Assembly: GCA_958009085.1 (NCBI GenBank)
Contig: OY253669.1
Span: forward strand, 62,001 to 126,000
DNA length: 64,000 bases
Origin: Protoeuglena noctilucae
Lineage: Eukaryota
Direction: 5' to 3'
In this document: one piece after another, positions 11,569-24,000 of the stretch
Position numbering within the stretch: the stretch's first letter is position 1
How the letters are laid out: each line of letters begins with the position of its first letter
Program-made: the position numbers and the translations under genes
Notes under the pieces: model-generated
Database searches by the model: none
What the model saw: only the letters and a program-made list of their open reading frames with translations
Told to the model about the DNA's origin: nothing

Positions 11569-14500
11569 ATGCAGGTGCGCTGGCCCCCGCCGCTCGGTAG
11601 TGCGCGTATTCGTCGGGACTTTTCTCGCGCGCAGGTCGCGCCGGCCGGCCCGGGGGCGCCCCGAGGGGGCACGGCGGGAGGGGCGGCCCTGCGCCCTTGT
11701 TTCCCCGCTCCGGGACCCCGTTCCGGCCCCGGACTCCCCGCTCGCAGCTTTCCCGGGAGGAGGACATTCCATCGCGCTGGAAGAGCGCGCGGCGGGTGGG
11801 CGCCGGGTACGCCAACCTGGGCAACACGTGCTTCATGAACTCGGTCATGCAGTGCCTCACGCACTGCCCCCCGCTCGCGGAGTACGTGCTGTCTAGGGAG
11901 ATTCGGCCCACGAGGTGAGGTCCAGGTCCTGCGCGGGGCCGAGCTGGGCCGCAGCGGCCGCGTTCAGGCCCCATCACTGCCGCACTCTGCCCCGCCCCCT
12001 CATCACTGCCCCCACCTGCCCTCCGCACTGCCCCTCATCTGCTTCTCTCCCCCGCAGCGCGTCCTTCTGCCCCGTGCAGGCGACGGCGGACCACATCCGC
12101 AGCGCCCTGGCGCAGTCTGGCAAGATCATGCGCCCCGTGGGCCACGCGCGCAACCTCCGCCACTTCAACCGGGGGTTCCGGCTGGGGAGGCAGGAGGACG
12201 CACACGAGTACCTCAGGCGAGGAGTTATGTGGTGCATTATAGAGCAATCACGATGAACATGTTGATGATGATGGTGGGGACGCCCACGAGTACCTCAGGC
12301 GAGGAGTCTCACATACAGCACGCCCTCACTCATCTCCCCCCACGGTGTTTCCTGAACTCGTTACGCCCAATTCAGTACCAGTCTCACCCCTCTCATCTCC
12401 CCCCCCCCCAAGTGTCTCCTGGACTCGTGACACTCAACACCGCCCCAGTCTCACTTCTAACCCCCCTGCTACCCCCACCCCCCCAGGTGTCTTTTGGATT
12501 CGTTACAGGAGGCGTGTCTCAAGGGCCTGCGCCCGCGCCCCCCCGTGCCTGTCCAGCTCACCACGTGGGTCTCCCGCATCTTTGGCGGCACGTTGCGCTC
12601 CGAGGTGCGCTGCCTCTCCTGCCGCCACCCCTCCCGCACCTTCGACCCCGTGATGGACCTGTCGATCGACATCCACCGGGCGTCCACCCTCGCGGACGCG
12701 CTGGCGGCCTTCACGAGGCCTGAGACGCTGGAGGGGGACAATGCGTACCGGTGCGACCACTGCCGCAAGAGGGGCAGGGCGGAGAAGAGGTTCACGATCG
12801 AGGCGCTGCCGAGGGTCATGACGGGTGAGGGAAGGGGTGGAGGGAAGGGGTGGTGGTGGTGTGTTGGGTGATGACGGGTGAGGGGTGGTGCAGGGAGGTT
12901 GGTGGTGGTGGGGGGGGGAAGTGGGGGTGATGGTACATGCACACGCTGCTTAGGGGTGCAGACGGGTGAGGGGGGAGGGGTGAGGGGGTGCAGATGTGGT
13001 GAGGTAGGCAGGTGCATGCGAGCGTCTGGGTGTGGGTGCGACCAGAGGCAAAGGGTCACTGCTGTTGAGTTTCCACCCCTTTTAAAGGGTTCCATGTCAA
13101 CTCTTTCCCAACCCTCCCCACCCCCCCAGTTCACCTCAAGCGCTTTGAGTTTGGTGGGTATGGCACCAAGATATCGCGATTTGTCGAGTACCCAGAGACC
13201 ATCGACATGAGGCCCTACACCAGCGGTGAGGGGAGCAGTGGATGTTTAGTGTATGCATGGCACGGTCGATGTGTCGACATGCATCACCCACGCCATCTCG
13301 CCCCACGTGGCCCCCGCACCCACCCCACCCCACACCCCCGCCCCCCCGCAGACCCCTCCTCCTGCGGCCCCCAGATCTACCGACTCTTCGGTGTTTTGGT
13401 CCACTGGGGCAACTCCGTGCACAGCGGGCATTACTACGCGTACGTCCACGCACCCAACGCCCTGTGGTATCGGTGTGATGACTGCCACGTCGCGCCCTGC
13501 GACGCCCGGCAGGCGCTGTCGCAGAAGGCCTACCTGCTCTTTTACCTGCGGGAGTCGGCGGGGGTCGAACCCGCGACCGGCGGGGGAACGGCGGCGGGGG
13601 AGCGCCACGGGGCAAAAAACCGGCCGGGGGGGGATGGGGCGGCGAATGGCACCGCCAGCCGAGCTCGCGCATCGCAGCCGCAGCCGGCATCGGCATCGGC
13701 GCCATCGCAAACGCAGTCGCGGGCGCCCCATCCCCCCCGCCCCTCGACCCCGGCCGCGGCTCCGACACGGACGCCTCTGACACCGGCCACTCTGACACCA
13801 GGCACTCTGGCACCCCCGAGGTCAGCCCCGGCCGGCCCCGCCAGGACAGCGGCCCTCTGTACAGCTTCGCGTCCCTCTCCCTCTCCCGCTCCCGTACCGA
13901 CGCCGTCCCAGGCCGGCCCGTCGCATCGGCACGCCTCGCACCCTCCACCTACACAAGGGGTGGGGGTGGCGGCGGGGGTGGGGGTGGAAGCATCGGGGGC
14001 AGCGGAGGGGCATCTTTGGGACCGGGCATTGCGAGGGCCCTCTCCCAGCGGAGGGGGCGGTGATGGGGGGAGGGGCGAGGGGAGACGGGGGTGGGTGGGG
14101 GGTGCGAGGAGGTGAGGGGAGGGGGTGTGAGAGTCAGAGGGTGTGAATAAACATGTCGAGATTCTGTTCACATCCATACAAATCCACCAATGCACACCCA
14201 CCCACGCACCGGCGCACCCATGCATCCAACCCAACCCCCCTACCCCCTCACCTTGCCTCTCCCCCCAGATTAACCCTCTTGGGTCCCCGTTTCCCCCACG
14301 CCCTGTCATGGGTCGGTCATCGCGGCATGCGTGGTGGCCGCTTGGTGCCACGGGCGGTGCTGGAGGAGAGGCTGGCGGCCAAGATGCTGGCGAGGGTCAA
14401 GGCGAGTAGTGGGGGGAGTTATGTATTATATTTATGGGATATACTACTGATGTGTTTGTTGGCATGGTTGTGCTGGTGGAGAGGCTAACGGCCAAGATGC

Positions 14501-15886
14501 TCTCAGTACTACCCATCGCATCTCATACCATCGCCTATCAACCAATACTAACTGCAACATCATCTATGCCCCTCAACCCCCCAGGGCGGCGACCTGTCGA
14601 GTCTGGAAGAGGCGAGGGCAGACAGACTGATGCGATTGCTGCGTTCCGTCGCCAAGAGGAGGCGGGAAGGGGAGGGGGTGCGGGAGGGAGGGGCGGTGGG
14701 GGCGGGCGAGGGTGGCGGTGGGGTGGGGGGTGGCAAGAGGGGGGGAGCGAAGGGGGTGGGTGTTGGGAATGGGGGAGGTGGGGTGGATGAGCCGGTTGAG
14801 AGAGCGGTGATGGCGAATGGGGGCGGTGACAGTCATGTCGCGATGGCCAAGACAGTCAAGAAGGCAGCGGTGGCAGATGGCGATAGTGGCGACGGTCACG
14901 GCCTGATGGCCAATCCAGTCAAGTCGACAGAGATGGCGAATGGCGACGGTCATGGCAAAGTGTCCAAGCCAGCCAAGGGAGCAGCCAAGGGAGCTGCGAT
15001 GGCGAATGGGGGGAGTGGCGACGGTCACAGCACTAACCCAGTCAAGGCGACAGCGATGGCGAATGGAACGAGCAAGGGGGGTGGCAGCGGCCGTGATGCC
15101 AACGCTCCCGGCAGTATCTCTGGCACTCGCTCTCTGGCGCGTGGGTCTGCGGCTGCGGCTCTGCTGGCTTCCGGGTCTGCGTTTGCGCCCGGGGGGTGGG
15201 GTGGGGATGGGGAGGGGGCAGAGAGGGCGGCGGTGGAGCGGTGAGTGGGGGGTTGGGGGTGATGTGCAATGCTGCCTGTCATGCTGGGAAATGAGGGATG
15301 CGGGGTTGGGCGTATGAGAGTCATAGGGAGGTGCGGGAGCGGGTGATGCGGCGTTGGGTGACAGGCGATGCGATGCGATAGTCATCCTCAATATGAGAAT
15401 GATCATCGTTCCGTGCTATCTCCCTCTCCCCCAGTGCCCTATCGGACCGTGCTGCGAGGGATGGCGCCCCCAAGCGCACCCGAGAGTACGATGAATGGGA
15501 CGAGGAGTACGATGCGGGGAGGGTAAAGAAAGTGAGGAAGAAGGATGGGGAAACGGGGAAGGGGCCTGGGAGGGAGAGGCTGGAGGAGGCGTGGAGAGAG
15601 CGCAGGAGCGGGGGGGGTGGGGTAGGGGAAGGGTTTGGGGGCGGGGGGGGGTGGGGACAGGTTTGGGGGCGGGAGGGGGAGAGGTGGGGGGTTTGGGAGG
15701 GGAAGGGGTGGTGGGGGCTTTGGGAGGGGGAGAGGGGGTGGCAGGGGCGGTGGTGGGAGAGGCGGGGGTAGGGGTGGCGGTAGGTTTGGCGGGGGCAGGG
15801 GCGGTGGTGGGTTTGGCGGTAGGGGTGGGATGGGGCGCGGGGGCGGGCGTGGGGGGTGGCGCGGGGGTGGGCGCGGGCGCGGCTGA
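11569..15886 (+). CDS. Ubiquitin-specific protease, USP36/USP42/UBP23-like, with C-terminal RGG (GAR) tail; start uncertain
   Basis: Cys box [18 protein letters not shown] (~11805); [23 protein letters not shown]; His box [23 protein letters not shown]...DD...AYLLFY (~13380-13550); [14 protein letters not shown] (~15500); RGG-rich end, reached by a frame change in a G-run near 15645. Confidence 0.9.
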
Positions 15887-16082
15887 GGTGCCGCGAGTGT
15901 CAAATTTGCGTGTCAGATCCGATCTCTTGGATGGGTGGGTCGCTGGGCCGTCTGGCGAGCGTGCGGCGTCAGAGCGCCGCGTCGCTGGGCCCATGCCCCA
16001 AGCACGAGTGGGCTCATGGCCAGTCGCTAAGCTGGATAGAGTTTGAAAAGAGTATGCATTGCCACCTGCCCTTTGATATGAA

Positions 16083-16087
16083 TGTAA
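16083..16087 (+). promoter_or_regulatory. Putative TGTAA polyadenylation signal of the USP gene
   Basis: TGTAA ~200 nt after the stop; this is the known chlorophyte poly(A) signal. Confidence 0.4.
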
Positions 16088-16239
16088 AAGAGCGTGTCGC
16101 CAGCTGCAGTTCGGCACAGTGTTTGTGAGAGTGACTGTTCAAAGCGCCAGGCGCATTTGCAAGCTGCATCATCCCACATCTACCCTCCAACCGCTCCCCC
16201 TGCCCCCCCTCACACCTCCTTGCCCCCATATCTCTCCCC

Positions 16240-19200
16240 TCACTCCCCCTTCCCCCCCTTCTCCTCCCCCTTCCCCTGCGGTGCCCTCGCCCCACGACCC
16301 TCGCCCCCCTTCCCACGCACGGCACCCCTGCGAGAGACAGACAGGCACACAGCATGTTTTGTGAAATGTCAACGACAACCCTCAGTGCCTCAATGCAATG
16401 GAATTGAACAACAGCAGATGTGCTGAGACGCAAACGTTACCACCACAGCCCACCACTTCGCCCACTATCACCACCACCCCTCACTCCACTCTTACCACCA
16501 TCACTACCACCACCATTCCCCCCTCCCCCACAACACTCGCCTTTTCTTGTTCGTCCCCACCGCCGCCACCACCACCGCAGATACCGCCAGCACATGACCC
16601 CACGCATACACCCTCCCGATGGCCACCCTCGCGCCCTCGAGCGTTAACAACGCGAACGCTGTGCCGCAGTGGGTGTTGAGAGCCTGCCCCAATGCCCAAT
16701 TGGCCACTTGCAGGGCTCTCTTGGTGGGGGGGGGGGCGGACTGGGAAAGGCGATAGAGGGACTGGGGGGAAGAGGGGAGAGGGAGATACGTATATTTGAA
16801 ATAGATATGTTAGTATTGTAATAATACTGTTGATGAGAGCAAACGATGCCCTGCCTTGCCACAAATACAAACACAAACAAGGGTTGCGACTGTGTATTGA
16901 CACCGACACTGCGCCCGTCCCGTCAGGTCCCCGGTTCGACCCTCACCTTCCCCGCGTGCAGGTAAAGGATCGATGACAGGAACATGACGAGGTATCCCAC
17001 GTCCAGTCCGTGCCATATCAGGCTGACCACTTGCGCAGCTGCCAGGCTCAGGAAGGTGGGGCGGCCGTCATGGCTTAGCCACACGCGGTCGTAGACGTAG
17101 TGGCGGAGCCAGGCGCCGGTCTGAATGTTCTGAATGTGGATAGAAGTGGGGAGGGGGTGGGTGAGTGGGTGAGTGAGAGTGAGTGGGGGTGGGTGAGTGG
17201 GAGTGGGTGGGGTAGTGAGGAGTGGGTGGGTGGGGGTGTGGGTAAGGGGTGCAGATGGCAGGGATGAAGGGCGGGCGAAGCAACAGAATCGATCCTCTCT
17301 CATCCCTATTTACAATCATCGTCACCCCCCTGCTACCCTCCACCCCTCACCCAGTTAGCAGCGATGGTGTTGGGGCTGCTGGCCAGCAGGACCACAGACA
17401 AAGGGCGCACGTTCTCAAAGGCATCCCTGCGATGGTGAGAGGGAAAGATGATTAAATGGTGGAGTCACACGTTTGCATGGACATACATGCAACTGCATCA
17501 GTCGCAAATGCCACTCTCGCACTCATGCAAGCACTTGCACACCTCTATGAACCCCATCACCCCCTTCTTAGTATCCATCACTCACCAGTACAACCCCCTC
17601 TCGTTGCCACGCACGCACCAGCACACCCAGTGCACTACCTCTCTCTATCCAACACTCACCAGTACACTCCCCTCTCTATTAATCCCAATCACTCACCAGT
17701 ACACCCCCCCCTCCCTCTCCGTTTTGGATATCCCCGCCGCCGCCATCCCCGCCTCGGCCCACGACCACACGCAAAAGTACTTGGGGCACGTGCCCAGGTA
17801 CATGGCATGCGGGGGAAGATGGGCAGAGCACGATCGATGATTGCATGGAGAGATAGATAGCACGATCACGACAGGATGGAGAAAACAACAGCACGATTGC
17901 AAGACGCCCACACACGGCCGCCGTGACTTGACAGCCCCCAACCCACCCCAATCTCCCACATACACAACAACCCCTCTTCTCTCACCCCCGCCATGTACAG
18001 CTGCCTCTGCCAGAAACTCCACTCCGCGAACCGCTCCGTCAGCACCAGGTGCGGGTTGAAGCTGAGCCACGCCCACGTGGGCGGCAACGTGCGATAGGCC
18101 ACCTTGCACGCCACCTGCAGCCCCGCCCACACGCACCCCTGGGCGAACTTGGCGCCCACGCGCCCCCACTGCGACTCGCGGCGCACCTCCACGGCTGGGG
18201 GGGTGAGGAGTGGTGGGGTGGGAATGATGGAGTGAGAGTGGGAATTGCTGTGGCGGCTGACTCTCACCAGTCCCCTTGTCGCCACCCTCACATCTTCACT
18301 CATAACACCCGCATTGCCATCCTCTCACCCACCCCACCCTCAAACCCACAACAACACCCCCACCCACACACCCGCATGCCACTCCTGACACACCCCCACC
18401 CCACCCCCAACACCCCCACTTCACAACACCCACAACACCCTCACCTGTCCTCTTGTCGTCCCACACCCCCTCCCCCCTGCAGTAGTCGAGGTAGCTCCTG
18501 ATCTCGGCACACGGCCCCGCGAGGTTGTTATTCACCATGGTGCAGTACCCCAGCATCTCCAGAAAGGTGGGGGGAGCGGGGATGGCGCGTGCGTGGCGCT
18601 TGCCGGAACGATAGTCGGCGTAGTTGGCGGCCATGGAGATGACCTTAAGGACCATGACTGGGTTAGAGATGGATGAATGGTCAGGTTGTCAGCTATGTTG
18701 ATTGCCGATATGGGTGGAACATGTGACTGCTGTAGTGAGCGTAGTCGGCATCAACCGTAGTTGGCATCGACATGCGTGACATGGGTTGTGACATGCGTCG
18801 TCCACATGCACTCACCCATGATGACGGCCGAATGGTCGTGCTGCCCGGCGCGGAATTGGATCTGATTGGAGTGCAGGGTGTGTCTGCGAGGGTGCACGGG
18901 GGGTGCAGAGGGTGGGCGAGGCTAAGTGACAGATGCTGTGGGCGAACCACGTGCTGCGTGCTGTGAACTTGGCTGCATGTGTCGGATACCGACCCTCGCT
19001 CATTGCGCATGCGTGTGATGCATCTCATGACCACACTCAGTCATGGGCTGTGCTAGTTCTTGCATGCTCTGCCATGCACGCCAACATCCCACATCAGGGA
19101 CTCACATGATGAGGTAGCCGAAGTTGGTGAGCCACGCCACGAGGACACAGTGATCGGGGACGTAGAGCATCGAGAGCCACGTCAGGATGGCTGCGGGAAG

Positions 19201-19715
19201 AGAGGGGGAGAGGGGGAACGAAGTCGCAGGCGTCACGGATGTCCGGCTACTCGCGCGCGCGATGGAATAGTGTAATGCTTAATTAGCTGCTACAACAAAA
19301 TCGAGGAGGCGGAAACGCGCAGGCCGCTCGCCTGGGACGTAGGTGACGAAGGCGGGGGCACCAAAGAGCGTGAAGATCATCGCGGCGCCGACGAGCGTCG
19401 AGTAGGCGTGGCGCGCTGCGTGCAGGTGTAGGAAGCGAATCGCCTCGCGGTTGCGGCGGGAATGGCGCGGGTGGTCCCGTCTGAAAGAGGCACGTGTGTT
19501 TTGAAGCGTCCCGGCCGCTCACCCGTGCCCCGGGGACACCGGCTCCACAGGTATCCCAGCGGGATGCCCGCAGCGAGGAAGGCGACGTACTTCACCTCCG
19601 ACTGCGAGAGCCCGATGAGCCCATTGAGGGCCGGGATGTCGACGCCCGCCAGCGACACGGAGATCGCCGGGGCAGCGGGCGAGGAGACCCCGCCGATGGG
19701 AGCGGAATGGACCAT
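16240..19715 (-). CDS. MBOAT-family lysophospholipid acyltransferase (LPLAT/LPCAT-like)
   Basis: Hydrophobic exons; MVLKVISMAANYADY; PTFLEMLGY...AGP; KYFCVWSWAE; W|NIQTGAWLRHYVYDR; SLIWHGLDVGY (catalytic His); Lys-rich C-terminus ...EKGGKGE*. Confidence 0.9.
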
Positions 19716-20399
19716 CGGAACCGGTGGCGAAGATTTGGGGAGCGTCGGCCCTCGGTGCGCGCGGCGAGGAGGCCCACGCAGGTGCCCGAGCGTGGCTCGG
19801 AAAGCGGTGCGGCCCAAGCTCCGATCTCCGCGTCGCGACCTTCGACGGGCCCGTGGATCGAAAAGCGTCGCGACGCGGCCACCCCGCTCTCAGGCGCGTC
19901 CTCCTTTGCACGGCGCAAGGGCGGGCGCGAAGTTCAACGCCTGGCTGATTGTCCCAGCGGACTGCGTAGACGCCAGACAGACTGGTGATGGACGCGTGCA
20001 GATGGGAACGAGTCAATGGCGAACCGCTTTCGCAACGCGGGTGCAGAGGCAGAGATGCTGGCGCTCGCTGCCAGTCTAGGGCTTCGATTCAATTCTAAGA
20101 CCCGGTCGACCCCCTTGCGGTGCCCTATTCCTCCACTGGCGCAATAAAAGCATCGACACGCGTGCAAAGGGGTCACATAGACAACGGGCGGCCCGCTTTC
20201 GCGCAGGTATGATGGACAACGATGCTGGTGCTTACTGCTGCGCCAGCCCGTGTGTGATGAAACCTCGTATGTGGTATTCATCTGAATTGCCAATAGTCCA
20301 GATATGTCCAGATATGCGCCTGCCAGAAACACCGTCACTCCCACACCCCATAGGAAACCAGCCTGCGTGGGCAGGATAACACGCTGGTTTGCATGAAAT

Positions 20400-20860
20400 T
20401 GCCACGCACAAATCATGCTACTCAGTGTGCAACTCGCATGCAGTTTGCGCTCGGCCATGCTACTGCAATTGGACCAAAGACACCTTAGGAGCACCAAACT
20501 CACCAGACAGAGCAGTAAGACACCGAACATCATGGCGTCCCACCTGTATTGCCACAGCCACGAGCACCGCCTGCATTCGTAGCCCCCGCGCGTGTTGACG
20601 CAGCAGTCGTTCCCGCGGATGCCCGGCTGCTCCCTGCACTCGTCGATGTCCAGGCACGTGAACCCCTCGCCCCGCCTGTCACACGACGCCCTCCCCCGCA
20701 CAGCCCCGCCAGGCACTGACATTCGTACCCCCCCTCCGTGTTCCTGCAGCACCGTCCCCCGCACGCGCCCGCCGTCACCCTGCAGTCGTCCACGTCCGCG
20801 CACTTGCCACCCACCAGCTCAAACCCCGCGACGTGACGGAGTACGGCGGTGAGACCGGTG
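20400..20860 (-). pseudogene. Partial duplicate of the EGF-TM module of the neighbouring receptor gene (frameshifted; boundaries approximate)
   Basis: GFELVGGKCADVDDC...YECQC, then a frame change near 20695, then ...FTCLDIDECREQPGIRGNDCCVNTRGGYECRRCSWLW followed by a TM segment (MMFGVLLLCLVSLVLL). 20551-20609 is identical to 22298-22356. One EGF Cys is replaced by Arg. Confidence 0.55.
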
Positions 20861-21073
20861 CTGTTGTGTAACTGTGACCGTGCTGGGGCATCCCTCGACT
20901 CGCCCAGCGCAGGCAGGGATCGGCAAGGATGGGGATCTCATGTCTTTGGGTGTGGCCAACACGGTCTGGGCTGGACTGGTCTCTGCCTCATCCCAAAGCA
21001 CCGTTCGGCAAGCGGGCCACCAAAAATTCTTCAGCACAAGCGCGACAACGCGGTGACGCTTTGAGTAGACTCC

Positions 21074-24000
21074 TCAGCATCTCCACAGCTTGACCGTCTC
21101 GTCATCGGACCCGCTCGCCACCCACCGCCCGTCGGGGGAGAACGCCACCGAGTTCACCCCATACGAGTGCCCGGACAGCGTGCGCACGACCTCCCCCGTC
21201 GCCGCGTTCCACAGCTTGACCGTCTCGTCATCGGACCCGCTCGCCACCCACCGCCCGTCGGGGGAGAACGCCACCGAGCGCACCCAGCCCGAGTGCCCGG
21301 ACAGCGTGCGCACGACCTCCCCCGTCGCCGCGTTCCACAGCTTGACCGTCTCGTCATCGGACCCGCTCGCCACCCACCGCCCGTCGGGGGAGAACGCCAC
21401 CGAGTTCACCCAGCCCGAGTGCCCGGACAGCGTGCGCACGACCTCCCCCGTCGCCGCGTCCCACAGCTTGACCGTCTTGTCACCGGACCCGCTCGCCACC
21501 CACCGCCCGTCGGGGGAGAACGCCACCGAGCGCACCCCATACGAGTGCCCGGACAGCGTGCGCACGACCTCCCCCGTCGCCGCGTTCCACAGCTTGACCG
21601 TCTCGTCATCGGACCCGCTCGCCACCCACCGCCCGTCGGGGGAGAACGCCACCGAGTTCACCCAGCCCGAGTGCCCGGACAGCGTGCGCACGACCTCCCC
21701 CGTCGCCGCGTCCCACAGCTTGACCGTCTTGTCACTGGACCCGCTCGCCACCCACCGCCCGTCGGGGGAGAAGGCCACCGACTTCACCCAATACGAGTGC
21801 CCGGACAGCGTCCGTGGCACGAGACCTTTCTGCAGGACGACCCCGAGAGACATACAGGTTCCCGCGCTTTTAGCCTTTTAGACGCGCTCGTCTGGCACAT
21901 GATGACTGCAATGCACGCACGCATCGCAAACTCCCATGACCATCCCATGGGCTGCTGTTCATGGTTCACATGAGTAGGCCACTCAGCCGCATCTAGCCAC
22001 TCCCCTCACTCACCATCACCATGCTCCACGTCGCCACACCAGCAGCAACTGCACCAACGGCAACGACCGCCACCACCTGTGTGCGAGTTTGGTGATTCGC
22101 AGTGGTGTGACGGCATGACACCCTCCCCTCACCAAGGACACTCGGGGCTTGCGGACCATTGAGAAGCTCTGAACAGGCAGCTGCGGCACCCATGCCAGCG
22201 CTCCTACTCGCGCTGCCACAAGCACGCATGGATGCCGTAACGGGAGCCATGGAGGGCCGACTCACCGGGAACATCCAGCCCATTTGCAAGAGCCCACGCC
22301 ACAGCCACGAGCACCGCCTGCATTCGTAGCCCCCGCGCGTGTTGACGCAGCAGTCGCCGTCCCCGCAGATGTCTGACTGCTCCCTGCACTCGTCGACGTC
22401 CAGGCACGACGCCTGGCCCCACGACTGCCCCAGCCGGTAACCGGCCATGCACTTGCACGTGTAGCTGCCAGCCGTGTTGCTGCATGTCCCGCCATCCCCA
22501 CACGCATGGCTCCCGTCGGCACACTCGTCGATGTCCACGCACTGCTCGCCGTCGAACGCGTACCCCGCCTTGCACTTGCACGTGTAACCCTTCTCGCCCT
22601 GCCTCTGGCACTCGCCCAGAGCCCCACATTGCTTCGGGTCACACGTGCACGTGTAGCTCCCAGGCGTGTTCCTGCACACGCCTGCAGGGCCGCACGCCTG
22701 GGGGTCCAGGCACTCGTTGACGTCCACGCAACGCCCCTGAGCGTGCCGGAAGCCCTCCCGGCACCGACACTCGTATCCCCCCTGCTTGTTCACGCACGTG
22801 ACATCCCCCGCACCGCATATCCCCGGCTGCTCCCGGCACTCGTCGATGTCGACGCACGTACCTCTTGACGGCTTGTACCCAGCGGGGCAGACACACGTGA
22901 AGCTCCCCGGCAGGTTCTGGCACGTCCCCAGAGGACCACACTGGTCCAACCCCAGCTTGCACTCGTCCACGTCGACGCACTTCCCGTCCGCCAGCGTGTA
23001 CCCCTTGCCGCAGCCCACGTACGTGTTCCACGCCGCGACGACCGGCTGGATCGTGGCCACAGACAGGTAGCCCGTGCGGGAGGCTGCGGGCTCAGGATGG
23101 GCTGGCAGACGTTCGCGACGGTGATGAGCGAGGCATCACATGGCCTGCCTGTGTGGACTTGTGTCGCCATGCCACGGACCTAGGGCCCAGGCGAGGAGCA
23201 GTGGGACGACGGCCAGCGCGACGACCACGAGGCGATTGCCGAGGGCGAGAGAGACTCGCGAGAGCACGCGGCCCACCTGCAGGGTGGAAGCGGGGTAGGG
23301 TCAGTTGCAACACGCTCACAGCAGGTGCCAATTCATTGCAAAGCGACGTCTCGTGTGCTTGCCTGGGCATCCGCTGCAACATGCCTCTCCTCCTCCGCCC
23401 CAGCTCTCGGCTGCTCGCCCCTCACCGGCACCGCCGGCGCGTCCCCCACCCACTCCCCCAGCAGAGGGTCCGCCCTCAGCGCCTCCCACACCGCCCGCCG
23501 CTCCCCCTCCGCCACCTCCCGCACCAGATACTCCGCCACGCGCTCCTGCGCCCACCGCCGCTTGCCCTGCTCGAACAGCTCGATCGACGCAAAGACGTTC
23601 CCCGGCCGCAGGCTCCTCGCGCAGCCCCGCACGTGGCCATGCACCTCAGCGTGCGGAAACACCCCGAAGCACCACCCGCAGATCTCCGCCCCGCACCCCT
23701 GCCGGTCGCTGCACTTGAGGGCCAGGCACTCGCCCTCGCTCTCCCGCTCCACAAACGCCCGCCCGCACCGCCCGCACTTGGGCGTCACCGCCTCCGCCAC
23801 CGCCAGCTTGTGCCGCACGATCCTCTCCTCCCGGCTCCCCGCCCGTGCACGCGCCAGCTCCCCCCGCAGCCGCTCCACCTCCGCCGCCAGCTCCTCCGCC
23901 TCTCGCGCCCGCGCCCCGGCTGCCACGTTCGACATGAACTGCCTCGCGTCCGCGTCCTCCAGCAGTGCCACGATGCCGGCGCTCGCGAACGTACCCCCGC

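Noticed and set aside
21090..21973. Long + strand ORFs over the WD40 array, and the array as a possible CRISPR
   Set aside because: These are antisense shadows of the coding repeat. The units are contiguous 126-bp repeats with no unique spacers and no cas genes.
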